Assembly: GCA_023133485.1 (NCBI GenBank)
Contig: JAGLWK010000038.1
Location: 25,352-89,351 of the forward strand
From: Bacteroidales bacterium
GTDB taxonomy: Bacteria > Bacteroidota > Bacteroidia > Bacteroidales > B39-G9
DNA: 64,000 nt
Direction of reading: 5' to 3'
Shown: positions 35,716 through 45,396 of the stretch, piece by piece
Numbering within the stretch: position 1 is the stretch's first letter
How the letters are laid out: each line of letters opens with the position of its first letter
Translations under genes and position numbers: made by a program
Notes under the pieces: model-generated
What the model was told of the DNA's origin: nothing
Databases searched by the model: none
What the model saw: only the letters and a program-made list of their open reading frames with translations

Positions 35716-35766
35716 AGAATAAATTTGTTATGGAGCTTTGTTTGCAAGCTACTCAAACTCACTAAT

Positions 35767-36387
35767 TTATTTTACTTTACTTATAATTTCTAAAAATTCA
35801 CTTAATATCATTGCAGTAGCTCCCCAGATATTATGTCCATTAACTTTATAGCATGGTGCTTTAATATTATGAGCATTAAAATTAATATTAAAAAAGGATT
35901 GGTTTAAATGGTTCATCAAATCATCAAGTTTTACTTTTAAAATAGTTTCAACTTCATTTTTATTTGGAAATAATTCAGGAGTTTCGGTAGTATAACCAAC
36001 TACAGGCAAGACCATCATATTACTTACAGGAATAAAAAGATTTGATATTGTACCAATTATTTTTATTTTTTCACTATTTATACCAATTTCTTCATATGCT
36101 TCACGAAGAGCTGTATTTATAAGATTATTATCGCTTTTTTCAAATTTACCACCGGGAAAACTTATCTGTCCGCTATGATAACCTTTATATTCAGGTCTTT
36201 TAATTAATATTAAGTTTAATTTGCCATTATCCGGAAATAAAAGTATTAACACACTGCTCAATTTTGCTTTATCAAAAGACTCAGGAAATTTATCCCTGAA
36301 TAAAGGAGCCATTTTGTATTGTGCTTTTTCACCGGGTAATTCTTGCTTTAACGATTTTTCTAATTTTTTAATAAATGCTTTGTACAT
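35767..36387 (-). CDS. NUDIX hydrolase, CoA pyrophosphatase type
   Basis: LILIKRPEYKGYHSGQISFPGGKFE...ALREAYEEIGI, i.e. the CoA-binding motif upstream of a Nudix box. Confidence 0.8.
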   Translation of the reverse strand: MYKAFIKKLEKSLKQELPGEKAQYKMAPLFRDKFPESFDKAKLSSVLILLFPDNGKLNLILIKRPEYKGYHSGQISFPGGKFEKSDNNLINTALREAYEEIGINSEKIKIIGTISNLFIPVSNMMVLPVVGYTTETPELFPNKNEVETILKVKLDDLMNHLNQSFFNINFNAHNIKAPCYKVNGHNIWGATAMILSEFLEIISKVK

Positions 36388-36580
36388 ATATTATCAGCCT
36401 TAATCTTAAATTTTATCTCGGAACTTTGCGAAAAATTTTTGTAGTATTAAGTAGAGTTTGGATAAAAACACGCAAGGTTTAACTTTAAAAATAGAAATAA
36501 AAATAAATAAAACTATATTTTAGATAATTAACTAAACCTCGCGGGTTTTGTTAAATAAATTTTTGAATTTAACACAGTAT

Positions 36581-37873
36581 CTAAATAGTTTTAATTAAAA
36601 AATAGTTTTTCTTACCTTTTTGAACAAGAATATATTTGTTATTTAACAGAAACTTTTTTGATATATTAATATCCAAATCAGTAACTTTTTCTTTATTTAT
36701 GCTTAATCCTCCTCCTGAAATTGTTCTTCTGAGTTCTCCTTTTGATGGGAATATGCTTGTTTTTTCTGTAAGTAAATCAAATATATTTATATTATTATTA
36801 ATTATTGAACCATCTATTTCAAATTGAGGAACACCTTCAAAAACAGAAAGAAAAGTTTCTTCATCAATTTTACCAAGCATTTCATGAGTACCCTTGCCAA
36901 ACAATATTTGAGATGCTTCAATGGCAGCATTAAGTTCTTTTTCGGAATGTACCATTATTGTTACTTCTTTTGCCAGTCGTTTTTGTAATATTCTGGCATG
37001 AGGAGCTTTGTTATGTTCGTTTATCAAATCGTCAATATCTTTTTTTGAAAGGATAGTAAATATTTTAACATATTTTTCTGCATCTTCATCTGAAACATTA
37101 AGCCAAAACTGATAAAATTTATAAGGAGAAGTCAATTTTGGGTCAAGCCATACATTTCCTTCCTCAGTTTTTCCGAATTTACCTCCATCAGATTTTGTTA
37201 TTAACGGGCATGTTAAAGCAAATGCTTCGCCTCCGGTTTTTCGGCGAATTAATTCAGTTCCTGTAATAATATTTCCCCATTGATCGGAACCACCCATTTG
37301 AAGTTTACAGTTTTTTTCTTTATATAAATAATAAAAATCAGTGCCTTGTACTAACTGATATGTAAATTCAGTAAATGACATTCCTGATTTTGAATCAGGA
37401 CTTAACCTTTTTTTTACTGAATCTTTAGCTATCATATAATTTACTGTAATATGTTTCCCGATATCTCTTATAAAGTCGAGGAAACTATATTCTTTCATCC
37501 AGTCGTAATTATTAACCATTTCAGCCTGGTTGTTTTTGCCTGAATTAAAGTCAAGGAATTTTGACAATTGTTTTTTTAAACATTCCTGATTATGTCTCAA
37601 TGTTTTTTCATCAAGCAGATTTCTTTCCTGTGATTTTCCTGAAGGATCACCAATCATTCCTGTTGCTCCTCCGATTAAAACTATAGGTTTATGCCCTGCA
37701 AGCTGAAAATGTTTTAACATCATAACAGAAACCAAATGTCCTATATGTAACGAATCGGCAGTAGGGTCAATACCAACATATGCAGATGTTAATTCTTTTT
37801 CAAGCAGTTCTTTTGTACCCGGCATAATATCGTGGATCATTCCACGCCATTTTAACTCTTTAATAAAATTCAT
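36581..37873 (-). CDS. tyrS: tyrosine--tRNA ligase
   Basis: HIGH motif (DSLHIGHL), KMSKS-like KFGKT, and a C-terminal S4 domain. 430 aa. Confidence 0.95.
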   Translation of the reverse strand: MNFIKELKWRGMIHDIMPGTKELLEKELTSAYVGIDPTADSLHIGHLVSVMMLKHFQLAGHKPIVLIGGATGMIGDPSGKSQERNLLDEKTLRHNQECLKKQLSKFLDFNSGKNNQAEMVNNYDWMKEYSFLDFIRDIGKHITVNYMIAKDSVKKRLSPDSKSGMSFTEFTYQLVQGTDFYYLYKEKNCKLQMGGSDQWGNIITGTELIRRKTGGEAFALTCPLITKSDGGKFGKTEEGNVWLDPKLTSPYKFYQFWLNVSDEDAEKYVKIFTILSKKDIDDLINEHNKAPHARILQKRLAKEVTIMVHSEKELNAAIEASQILFGKGTHEMLGKIDEETFLSVFEGVPQFEIDGSIINNNINIFDLLTEKTSIFPSKGELRRTISGGGLSINKEKVTDLDINISKKFLLNNKYILVQKGKKNYFLIKTI

Positions 37874-38124
37874 AATCTATTTTTTTCGCAAATATAATAA
37901 TTGAAAGTAAATCATGTAAATTAACCTGTATTATTTGGTAAATAACATTAATTTTTGGTTTTACTGTATAATTAAATATGTAATGATTAAATGCATAAAT
38001 GCGTACATGTTATACTTCGACTACATCTCGACTTCGCTCAATATGAACGCTTAGGCTTTGTAATAAAATAAAGTGTTCAGAATTAACGAAGTTATTTTAT
38101 CATTCAATCATTTTATCATTAAAA

Positions 38125-38144
38125 CCTGTCTGCCGACAGGCAGG
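38125..38144 (-). terminator. GC-rich hairpin after cvpA (possible terminator; also a recurrent word-type palindrome)
   Basis: CCTGTCTGCCGACAGGCAGG lies 44 nt past the cvpA stop and is followed on the minus strand by TTTTA. Confidence 0.4.
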
Positions 38145-38187
38145 TATTACCCATTAAATTTGTGGTAGTAATTAATTTTTAAAACAC

Positions 38188-38718
38188 TTATACATCAATG
38201 CCGAGTTTGTTTTTATGCTCTTCATCCATTTTAATATTCTTAAAATCCAAATATGGAAATATCAACGGAGCAAAACTTGATAATGGTTTATAAAGAATTG
38301 AATTTTCTTTTGTTTCAGGTGAAATAAATTTCAGATTTTTATCAAATCCATTTAATACAACTAAAATAATGCTGATTATAAAAGCTGTTTTTATAATTCC
38401 GAATATTAAGCCTGATATTCTGTTTAAAAATCCAAGAGCTACTGCTTTTACAAGTTTATCTAACAATCGTGCAATTAGATGAACACCAATAACTATTAAA
38501 ACAAAAGTTAATGCAAACGAAATAATTGGTAAATAATCAGGATTAAAGTCAAAATTTTCAATAAGATACTGACTAGTAAAATCTGAAAATTTAATTGCCC
38601 CGAAAATTCCTAATATCAGGGCAGCTAACGATGCAACAGTAATTATAAGTCCTTTTGAAAATCCTTTATATGCACTCCATAATAATGGAATGATAATAAT
38701 AATATCAATAAAATTCAT
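38188..38718 (-). CDS. cvpA: CvpA family membrane protein
   Basis: Four TM helices. The N-terminus MNFIDIIIIIPLLWSAYKGFSKGLI is typical of CvpA. Confidence 0.8.
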   Translation of the reverse strand: MNFIDIIIIIPLLWSAYKGFSKGLIITVASLAALILGIFGAIKFSDFTSQYLIENFDFNPDYLPIISFALTFVLIVIGVHLIARLLDKLVKAVALGFLNRISGLIFGIIKTAFIISIILVVLNGFDKNLKFISPETKENSILYKPLSSFAPLIFPYLDFKNIKMDEEHKNKLGIDV

Positions 38719-38886
38719 AAAATTTCGTTATTTTGTTTTAAAATACTGATATTTTGTAAAAATATACAAATTATACTAATATTTTAAATAGTATCTATAA
38801 GTTTTAAAAATATCAAAAAACTAAATAATTTATTTATTTTTGATACAAAATAAATATTGTTTAATACAATAATAATAAATTAATTT

Positions 38887-40404
38887 ATGCCTTTATTAAA
38901 TTCAATAATATCCTGGTTAAATGTAAAACGGATATATCAAATAGATTTATTTAAGCAATATCCTTTTAATGTTCAACAAGAAAGTTTGTTTAAACTTATA
39001 AAAACATCTGAAAATACTGAATATGGTTTAAAACATGATTTTAAAAAAATCAAAACAATTAAAGATTTTCAAAAACATGTTCCTTTAAATGATTATGAAT
39101 CTGTTAAACCATATATAATACGTTTAAAACAAGGAGAACAAAATCTTTTATGGCCAACTGAAATAAAATGGTTTGCAAAATCGTCAGGAACAACCAGTGA
39201 TAAAAGCAAATTTATTCCTGTAAGTAAAGAAGCCCTTGAAGATTGTCATTTCAGGGGTGGAAGAGACGTTCTTGCTTTATATAATGATATGTATCCAAAT
39301 ACAACAATATTTAAAGGTAAAGGATTGACATTAGGGGGAAGCCATCAAATCAATAAATTTAGTAATCAATCGTATTATGGCGATCTTTCAGCAATACTTA
39401 TTGAAAATCTTCCGTTTTGGACAAATTTTATTAAAACACCGAAACCAGAAATTGCATTAATAGAAGAATTTGAAGAAAAAATTGACAAAATCATTAAACA
39501 AACTGTTAATGAGAATGTTACAAACATTGCTGGTGTTCCTTCATGGACACTCGTTTTAATAAAAAGTATTCTTGAACACACAGGGAAAAATAATCTTTTG
39601 GAAATTTGGCCCAATCTTGAACTTTTTACACACGGCGGGGTTAGTTTTGATCCATACAGGGAACAATTCAAAAAACTTATTCCATCAGAACAAATGAATT
39701 ATGTTGAAACATATAATGCTTCTGAAGGTTTTTTTGCAATACAAGATGATCCAAATTCTTCTGACATGTTGTTAATGTTAGATTACGGAATATTTTATGA
39801 ATTTATTCCTGTTGAAAATATTAATGAAAAAAATCCCAAAGCCCTTGCAATTGACGAAGTAGAACTAAATGAAAATTATGCTATAGTTATTTCAACAAAC
39901 GGAGGATTGTGGCGATACATTATTGGTGATACGGTTATTTTTACTTCAAAATTTCCTTATAAAATTAAAATATCAGGTAGAACAAAACATTTTATAAATG
40001 CTTTTGGTGAAGAATTAATCATTGATAATGCAGAAAAAGCACTAAAAACGGCTTGTCAAAAAACAAATGCTGAAATAACTGATTATACAGCAGGTCCTGT
40101 ATTTATGAGTAAAGATACTTCGGGGGCACACCAATGGCTGATTGAATTTTCAAAACCACCCAAAAATATGGATTATTTTATTGATTTATTAGATAATGCA
40201 TTGAAATCATTAAATTCTGATTATGAGGCTAAAAGATATCAGGATAAAGTGTTGGGACATCCACAGATAATTTGTTTAAAAAGTGGTATATTTTATAACT
40301 GGTTGAAACAAAAAGGTAAACTCGGTGGGCAAAATAAGGTGCCACGACTGGCAAATAACAGGAAATATATTGAAGAATTATTGTTAATAGCAGAAAAATT
40401 TTAA
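38887..40404 (+). CDS. GH3 auxin-responsive-promoter family (acyl-adenylate-forming) protein
   Basis: FQKHVPLNDYESVKPYIIRLKQGEQNLLWP...FAKSSGTTSDKSKFIPVS is a hallmark of the bacterial GH3 family. 505 aa. Confidence 0.85.
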   Translation: MPLLNSIISWLNVKRIYQIDLFKQYPFNVQQESLFKLIKTSENTEYGLKHDFKKIKTIKDFQKHVPLNDYESVKPYIIRLKQGEQNLLWPTEIKWFAKSSGTTSDKSKFIPVSKEALEDCHFRGGRDVLALYNDMYPNTTIFKGKGLTLGGSHQINKFSNQSYYGDLSAILIENLPFWTNFIKTPKPEIALIEEFEEKIDKIIKQTVNENVTNIAGVPSWTLVLIKSILEHTGKNNLLEIWPNLELFTHGGVSFDPYREQFKKLIPSEQMNYVETYNASEGFFAIQDDPNSSDMLLMLDYGIFYEFIPVENINEKNPKALAIDEVELNENYAIVISTNGGLWRYIIGDTVIFTSKFPYKIKISGRTKHFINAFGEELIIDNAEKALKTACQKTNAEITDYTAGPVFMSKDTSGAHQWLIEFSKPPKNMDYFIDLLDNALKSLNSDYEAKRYQDKVLGHPQIICLKSGIFYNWLKQKGKLGGQNKVPRLANNRKYIEELLLIAEKF

Positions 40405-40442
40405 GGCTCTACATTTAATTAAGCGGGTAAAGAAATATAAAA

Positions 40443-40585
40443 GCTACAGATTCACAGATTAAATATTTTTTTATATGTTTTCATTAAAATTACGATATTA
40501 AAAGCAATTAATAATTTTACTTATTTCAAAATATATTAATATTTGTAACTAATATTTTTATAAATAAAATCTGTGAATCAGTGGC
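40443..40585. repeat. second copy of the CACAGATTCACAGAT inverted-repeat element
   Basis: Left arm GCTACAGATTCACAGATT (40443-40460) and right arm AATCTGTGAATCAGTGGC (40568-40585), imperfect, with a 107-nt AT-rich spacer. Confidence 0.75.
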
Positions 40586-40657
40586 AAATTTAATTTACTT
40601 TAAAATAGAATATTTGTAAAAATATTTTAAATTTGCACAAACTAAAAAATAGAAATT

Positions 40658-41242
40658 ATGGATTTTAATTTTATTATTGAAAGGGCAAAAAAGATAATTA
40701 TTAACCCAGAACAAGAATGGCAAGTAATAAAAAGTGAAGAAACTGATAAGAATGAAATAATTAAGAATTATTTTCTTCCGTTTTTAATTGCTATTGTTGT
40801 TGCATCCTTTATAGGAAAATTATTATTTGGCACATATGGATTTTCAAGTGGTATTGTATATAGTTTAGTTAGTGCAATATTTGTTTTAATTATTCAATTT
40901 GCAGGTATGTATATTTCGGCTTTAGTTATTAATGAATTAGCTCCCAGTTTTGATTCTAAGAAGAATATTAATGCAGCCTTTAAACTTGTAATTTATTCAT
41001 CTACAGCGTCATATATTGCATCAATATTGTCAGGATTGCTTTCTCCATTATCTGTTCTTTTTATGCTATTAGGTTTATATTCTATTTATTTATTTTGGTT
41101 AGGAATTACCCCTATGATGGAGACTCCTGAAAACAAAAAAGTAGGATATGTAATTGTTTCTGTGTTGATTATGATAGCAATATCCTTTGTGTTAGGCTTA
41201 ATTACAATCCCAATACTTGCTATTGTTGGTTTTGCCGGTTAG
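40658..41242 (+). CDS. Yip1-family membrane protein
   Basis: Soluble N-terminus (IINPEQEWQVIKSEE) followed by 5 TM helices, as in Yip1/DUF1282 proteins. Confidence 0.6.
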   Translation: MDFNFIIERAKKIIINPEQEWQVIKSEETDKNEIIKNYFLPFLIAIVVASFIGKLLFGTYGFSSGIVYSLVSAIFVLIIQFAGMYISALVINELAPSFDSKKNINAAFKLVIYSSTASYIASILSGLLSPLSVLFMLLGLYSIYLFWLGITPMMETPENKKVGYVIVSVLIMIAISFVLGLITIPILAIVGFAG

Positions 41243-41502
41243 TATTTTTATAATTAATTTTAATAAAAACTCACCAAAAATTATTTCTGGTTTTAGATTA
41301 CAATTCAAGATTACGAATTGTTATAATTAAGCAAACAGACAGACAGTTATCTTTTATTAGATTAAAGGAAAGATTATATATAGTTTATCTTTTTAATAAT
41401 AAAAAGGATATTGATAAAATATACAAAACACAATATCAAATATAGCAAATTTCCATTCTCTACGGTTTGAATAGCAAGTAATAAGAGTTAACTTTATAAT
41501 AA

Positions 41503-41955
41503 ATGACCAAATCTTCAATTAATATAAAAAACAAAAAAGCTTATTATGAATATGAATTAATTGAAGAATATACAAGTGGAATTGTTCTTATGGGTACAGA
41601 AATAAAATCAATAAAGGCAGGTAAAGCAAATCTTTCAGATTCGTATTGTGTTTTCATTAATAACGAGTTATGGGTAAAAGGAATGCATATATCGGAATAT
41701 TCATTTGGAAGTTATAATAATCATGAAACAAAAAGGGACCGTAAACTATTATTAACACGCAGGGAATTAAACAAACTACATAAAAAGACAAAGGAAAAAG
41801 GGTTTGCAATAGTACCGGTACTTTTATATATTGACGAAAGAGGGTTTGCTAAACTCAATATTGCACTTGGAAAAGGTAAAAGAACTTATGATAAAAGACA
41901 GGATTTAAAGAAAAAGGATGATAAAAGAGAAATTGAAAGATTTAATAAAAATTAA
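41503..41955 (+). CDS. smpB: SsrA-binding protein
   Basis: [40 protein letters not shown]...[15 protein letters not shown] is canonical SmpB. Confidence 0.95.
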   Translation: MTKSSINIKNKKAYYEYELIEEYTSGIVLMGTEIKSIKAGKANLSDSYCVFINNELWVKGMHISEYSFGSYNNHETKRDRKLLLTRRELNKLHKKTKEKGFAIVPVLLYIDERGFAKLNIALGKGKRTYDKRQDLKKKDDKREIERFNKN

Positions 41956-42286
41956 GTAACCGTTCACATTTTATTTTTATAAGTTCTAAGTCCCAAGTCC
42001 CAAGTCCCAAGTCCCAAAAGCGTAAATCACTTTGTTTGTTATTTTTGGAATTTCCATTGTTTATTAATAATGGACGCAAGAATTCTTTTTAGTTATGATG
42101 ATTCTTGCACCAAATATGAACATTTTTTACAGTACGAAGATATAAAATTACATCAATTACAAATTTCAGTAATCTTTCGCAAAGATCATTTTTTTTTAAA
42201 TTTTTGTTCTTTTTTCCTTGGAATTTGGGACTTGGGACTTGGAATTTGGGACTTCAAATTTCATATTTTTAACTGTGAACGCTTAC
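41956..42286. mobile_element. MITE-like element of about 330 bp with terminal inverted repeats and (AAGTCCC)n sub-terminal arms
   Basis: Outer inverted repeat is GTAACCGTTCACA (41956-41968) / TGTGAACGCTTAC (42274-42286), 12 of 13 matching. Inner arms are CTAAGTCCCAAGTCCCAAGTCCCAAGTCCCAAAAG (41987-42020) and TTGGAATTTGGGACTTGGGACTTGGAATTTGGGACTT (42218-42254). It fills the whole gap between two convergent stop codons. Confidence 0.65.
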
Positions 42287-42295
42287 AAAATTAGT

Positions 42296-43660
42296 TTACT
42301 GGTCAAAGAAAAATTCCCGTAATTCATTAACTTCCTGAAGTGTCAGGTTGGAATTGAAATCGAAAAAGTTGTCAACTGCTTTTTGTAATTCATCAGCAGA
42401 AATATAACCGTCATTATCTACATCAACTGATTTGAATTTTGCAGGGATTCCGCTGTAACCCTTTTTTGATATATCTTTTTTACCCATGCTTTCATAATAA
42501 CTGTATATTTCTTTTCTGGTAATAGCATCCGGTTCATATAACATAGCAATAAGATAAGTGTTTATTATTCTAATACCGTTTTCTCCAACAGCAATTGCAT
42601 CTATTGGTGTGCCTTCCTGAGTGTCAAGATAATTTGGAATACCGTCTTTGTCATCATCTAAAGGACAACCAGTAAAGCTAACCAATACTTTTTCAGGAGT
42701 GTAGGGACATTCGTCATTAAAATCATCAACACCATCATTATCTTCATCCATTTTGTCAGTTATAGCAAATTTAAGATTTTTAAACTGTTCAACTACCATA
42801 ATTTCTTCGACAGGTGAAAAGAGGTCAAGTTCAAAAGAAATGTATGAATGTAAAAATGCATCATTTTTAAGAAAACCGTTTTTTTTATCAATATTATCAA
42901 TAAAATCTGAGCTTGTAAAATGAAAAGTATTTCCCAATCTCATTGTTAGTCTATTTGTTACGGTTATATCAAGACCAATATCTACAGGAATACTAAATAC
43001 AAATTGTGAATAATCCTTTTCATAATACTCTCTAATGTCGGTTTCATATTTATAATCACGTTGAATAATAATACTATTAGATATATTATTTGAAGATTCT
43101 GCCATATTTCTGATTGTTCCATCATTCCAATAATAATACTCATTTCCATATTTATCAAATAAATCGGCTTTTGATGAAAATTCAAAAGTTTCTACGCCTA
43201 TAGAAATGAAAGGAGCAACAGGACGATCTCTTAATGTAAGATGTTTAAAATTATACGAAAGATTTACACCACCGATAAAGATATCAGTTTCAAAGTTAAG
43301 GTTATTATTAAAATTAGTAGTAGCAATATCTAATCCTGATAAATCTCTTTGATTACCTGTAAGTTTTCCGAATATTATAAAAAGATTAAAATCAATATAT
43401 TGGCTTAAATTTCTTGATACTGATAATTTGGTTGCAAATCTTCCTGAATATGGGTGAGAATAATAATCATTAACATCTCCGAAATAAGTAAAAAGTCCTT
43501 GACCAAATCCTAATACAGGTTTAAAAGATGAATATATTAGCTCTTCTTCTTCGTCATCTTCAAGTAATAAATTCATATAATCATCTTCTGTTTGTGAATA
43601 TCCCAAGTAAAAGACATGGAAAAACAAAAGAAATAAAAAATATTTTATTATACTCTTCAT
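42296..43660 (-). CDS. outer-membrane protein with thrombospondin type-3-like Ca-binding repeats and a C-terminal EF-hand
   Basis: Signal peptide, beta-barrel-like N-terminal half, DEDNDGVDDFNDECP and DDDKDGIPNYLD repeats, and DVDNDGYISADELQKA (EF-hand loop). Confidence 0.65.
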   Translation of the reverse strand: MKSIIKYFLFLLFFHVFYLGYSQTEDDYMNLLLEDDEEEELIYSSFKPVLGFGQGLFTYFGDVNDYYSHPYSGRFATKLSVSRNLSQYIDFNLFIIFGKLTGNQRDLSGLDIATTNFNNNLNFETDIFIGGVNLSYNFKHLTLRDRPVAPFISIGVETFEFSSKADLFDKYGNEYYYWNDGTIRNMAESSNNISNSIIIQRDYKYETDIREYYEKDYSQFVFSIPVDIGLDITVTNRLTMRLGNTFHFTSSDFIDNIDKKNGFLKNDAFLHSYISFELDLFSPVEEIMVVEQFKNLKFAITDKMDEDNDGVDDFNDECPYTPEKVLVSFTGCPLDDDKDGIPNYLDTQEGTPIDAIAVGENGIRIINTYLIAMLYEPDAITRKEIYSYYESMGKKDISKKGYSGIPAKFKSVDVDNDGYISADELQKAVDNFFDFNSNLTLQEVNELREFFFDQ

Positions 43661-43697
43661 AATTAATTTGATGTTTCAAATATATAAAATATTCTTA

Positions 43698-45149
43698 TTA
43701 TTTGTACCATTCCTGATTTGCAATCATTAATGCTTCCTGAACCGTTATTCGTTGTCCGTTATTGTAGGCTGAAACAAAGGCATCTTTAATTGGGGTAGAA
43801 TCCCAAATATAAATTCTGTAATTTCTTGCTTGTTTATAAACAGGGAAAGAGCCAACAGTATATTTATGCCATCCCTGATGTATTTCAATTTGGATATGAT
43901 CTTTAATATTTAATTTTTTAAAGTATTTTTCATTAACAAGTTTGTGACCTGCTGCTAATTGAACTCTGTATGTAACACCAGCGTCAGGTTCGGGAACGTT
44001 TGTTATTCTTGGTTTAACAACTGTTTTTATTTCTTCAATTATTTTTGTTTCTTCGTAAGCTAAATCTTCAGTTACAACATCAATAACTTTATCTTCAATT
44101 TTTTCTTCGGTTTCTTCAATTGTTTTTGTATCATCAGTAATTACTTCCTGTGTTTTTGTGATATCTTCGGTTTGTTCTTGTTGGGTAACGTCTGCAAGGT
44201 CTTGCTGTGTTTCTGTTTCTGTAACAACAACATCTGTTATAGTTTTATCTTCTGTGGTATGAATATCTTTAACTTCGGCAACAAGTTTATCTGTATCGAA
44301 TGATGATATATCAATGTTACGTTCGAGAATATCAATAACTTTTGTACGTTCGTTTTCGGCATATGAAAATGTTCCGTTAATAATAAATGCCTGGTCGGGT
44401 ATTTCATTTATTGGCACAAGTTTATATGAAACAACAAATTGAGGTTCAGGAGGAAGTGTCATCCATAAAAATTTAACAATACTGCTTTTAAAAGTAAATA
44501 TTGAATTTTTACTTATAACACTACTTGCAGTATAACCTCTAGGAACTTGTTCTTGGATTTTTCCGAATTGTTCTTTATCACCTTTATTGACTAAAAGGTT
44601 TACAACAATTTCGTTATTTTCATTTAAGCTTGGTTTTTGACGAATACAGTCGATTTCTCTTAAATAAATATCTCCATATTTGAAACTTGTTGTAGTCCCA
44701 AAATCAGTACCTGTAGCCGAAAGGTCTCCTGCTTTTATTGTCAGGGTAATTGGTTCAAGTTCAGTTGTTGCTCTTTGGTTATTGTCAATATATGAAAATT
44801 TTCCCCCTATTTTAAAGGTACCGCTAATAGCAGGAGCTACCTGAAGGTTGTATCTAATAACAATTTCGTCATCATATGGTAATTGCATCCATTGTAATGT
44901 AACTTTTTGATCAGCAAACCTGAATTCGCCATTTGCTGAAACTTTTTCAACAACAGTAAAACCTACTGGCCATTCTTGCTGAAAACGTGCAAATCCGCTA
45001 ATACTTCCTTTTTTAATTCGGACTTCTATAGTAATCTCGTCTCCTGCATTTAGTTCGGAAGGCAAATTTGAAGTAATTAGAACTCCGTTAAAAAAGAAAC
45101 TAATAAATGCAAAAATACTGATAATTGATGTAAAAATAATTTTTCCCAC
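43698..45149 (-). CDS. SPOR domain-containing protein with duplicated N-terminal domains and acidic T/E-rich linker
   Basis: The C-terminus YRVQLAAGHKL...IHQGWHKYTVGSFPVYKQARNY is SPOR-like. Two homologous segments of about 110 aa (..FARFQQEWPVGF.. and ..FGKIQEQVPRGY..). Confidence 0.75.
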   Translation of the reverse strand: MGKIIFTSIISIFAFISFFFNGVLITSNLPSELNAGDEITIEVRIKKGSISGFARFQQEWPVGFTVVEKVSANGEFRFADQKVTLQWMQLPYDDEIVIRYNLQVAPAISGTFKIGGKFSYIDNNQRATTELEPITLTIKAGDLSATGTDFGTTTSFKYGDIYLREIDCIRQKPSLNENNEIVVNLLVNKGDKEQFGKIQEQVPRGYTASSVISKNSIFTFKSSIVKFLWMTLPPEPQFVVSYKLVPINEIPDQAFIINGTFSYAENERTKVIDILERNIDISSFDTDKLVAEVKDIHTTEDKTITDVVVTETETQQDLADVTQQEQTEDITKTQEVITDDTKTIEETEEKIEDKVIDVVTEDLAYEETKIIEEIKTVVKPRITNVPEPDAGVTYRVQLAAGHKLVNEKYFKKLNIKDHIQIEIHQGWHKYTVGSFPVYKQARNYRIYIWDSTPIKDAFVSAYNNGQRITVQEALMIANQEWYK

Positions 45150-45396
45150 TTGAAGTTTAATTTTGTAATTAAATAATAACTATCTCAAAATTAAAAATAT
45201 AAAGTTAAATAAATTATATAAAAATACAAATAACTAACAATTGTTAATAAGTCTTGTTAATAACTTTTTAATAACTTTCAGTGAAAAACATAAAATGTCC
45301 TTAATTACAACTGGCTGCCAGTTGTTGAGTAATTGCTTATGTTTAGTGCCTTTTATTTCATTCATAATAAGACTATTGCAAACAAATTTATTATTA

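Noticed and set aside
37874-38187. T-box or other leader upstream of tyrS
   Set aside because: No specifier/T-box sequence (AGAGA...TGGTACCGCG type) is visible, and T-boxes are not expected in this lineage. The structure present is a word-type palindrome that more plausibly terminates cvpA.
41243-41502. tmRNA (ssrA) next to smpB
   Set aside because: No GGGGCTGA-type 5' end, no tRNA-like acceptor/T-arm and no tag reading frame could be found. The region is AT-rich with only word-type repeats.
41987-42254. Possible CRISPR array suggested by tandem AAGTCCC repeats
   Set aside because: The units are 7 nt with no spacers and occur as two opposed tracts. No cas genes are present. Not CRISPR architecture.
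42070-42294. 74-aa ORF between smpB and the outer-membrane protein gene
   Set aside because: It lies wholly inside the inverted-repeat (MITE-like) element. Its C-terminal part is just the translation of the GGGACTT/GGAATTT repeat arm (LGIWDLGLGIWDF). No start context or homology signal.
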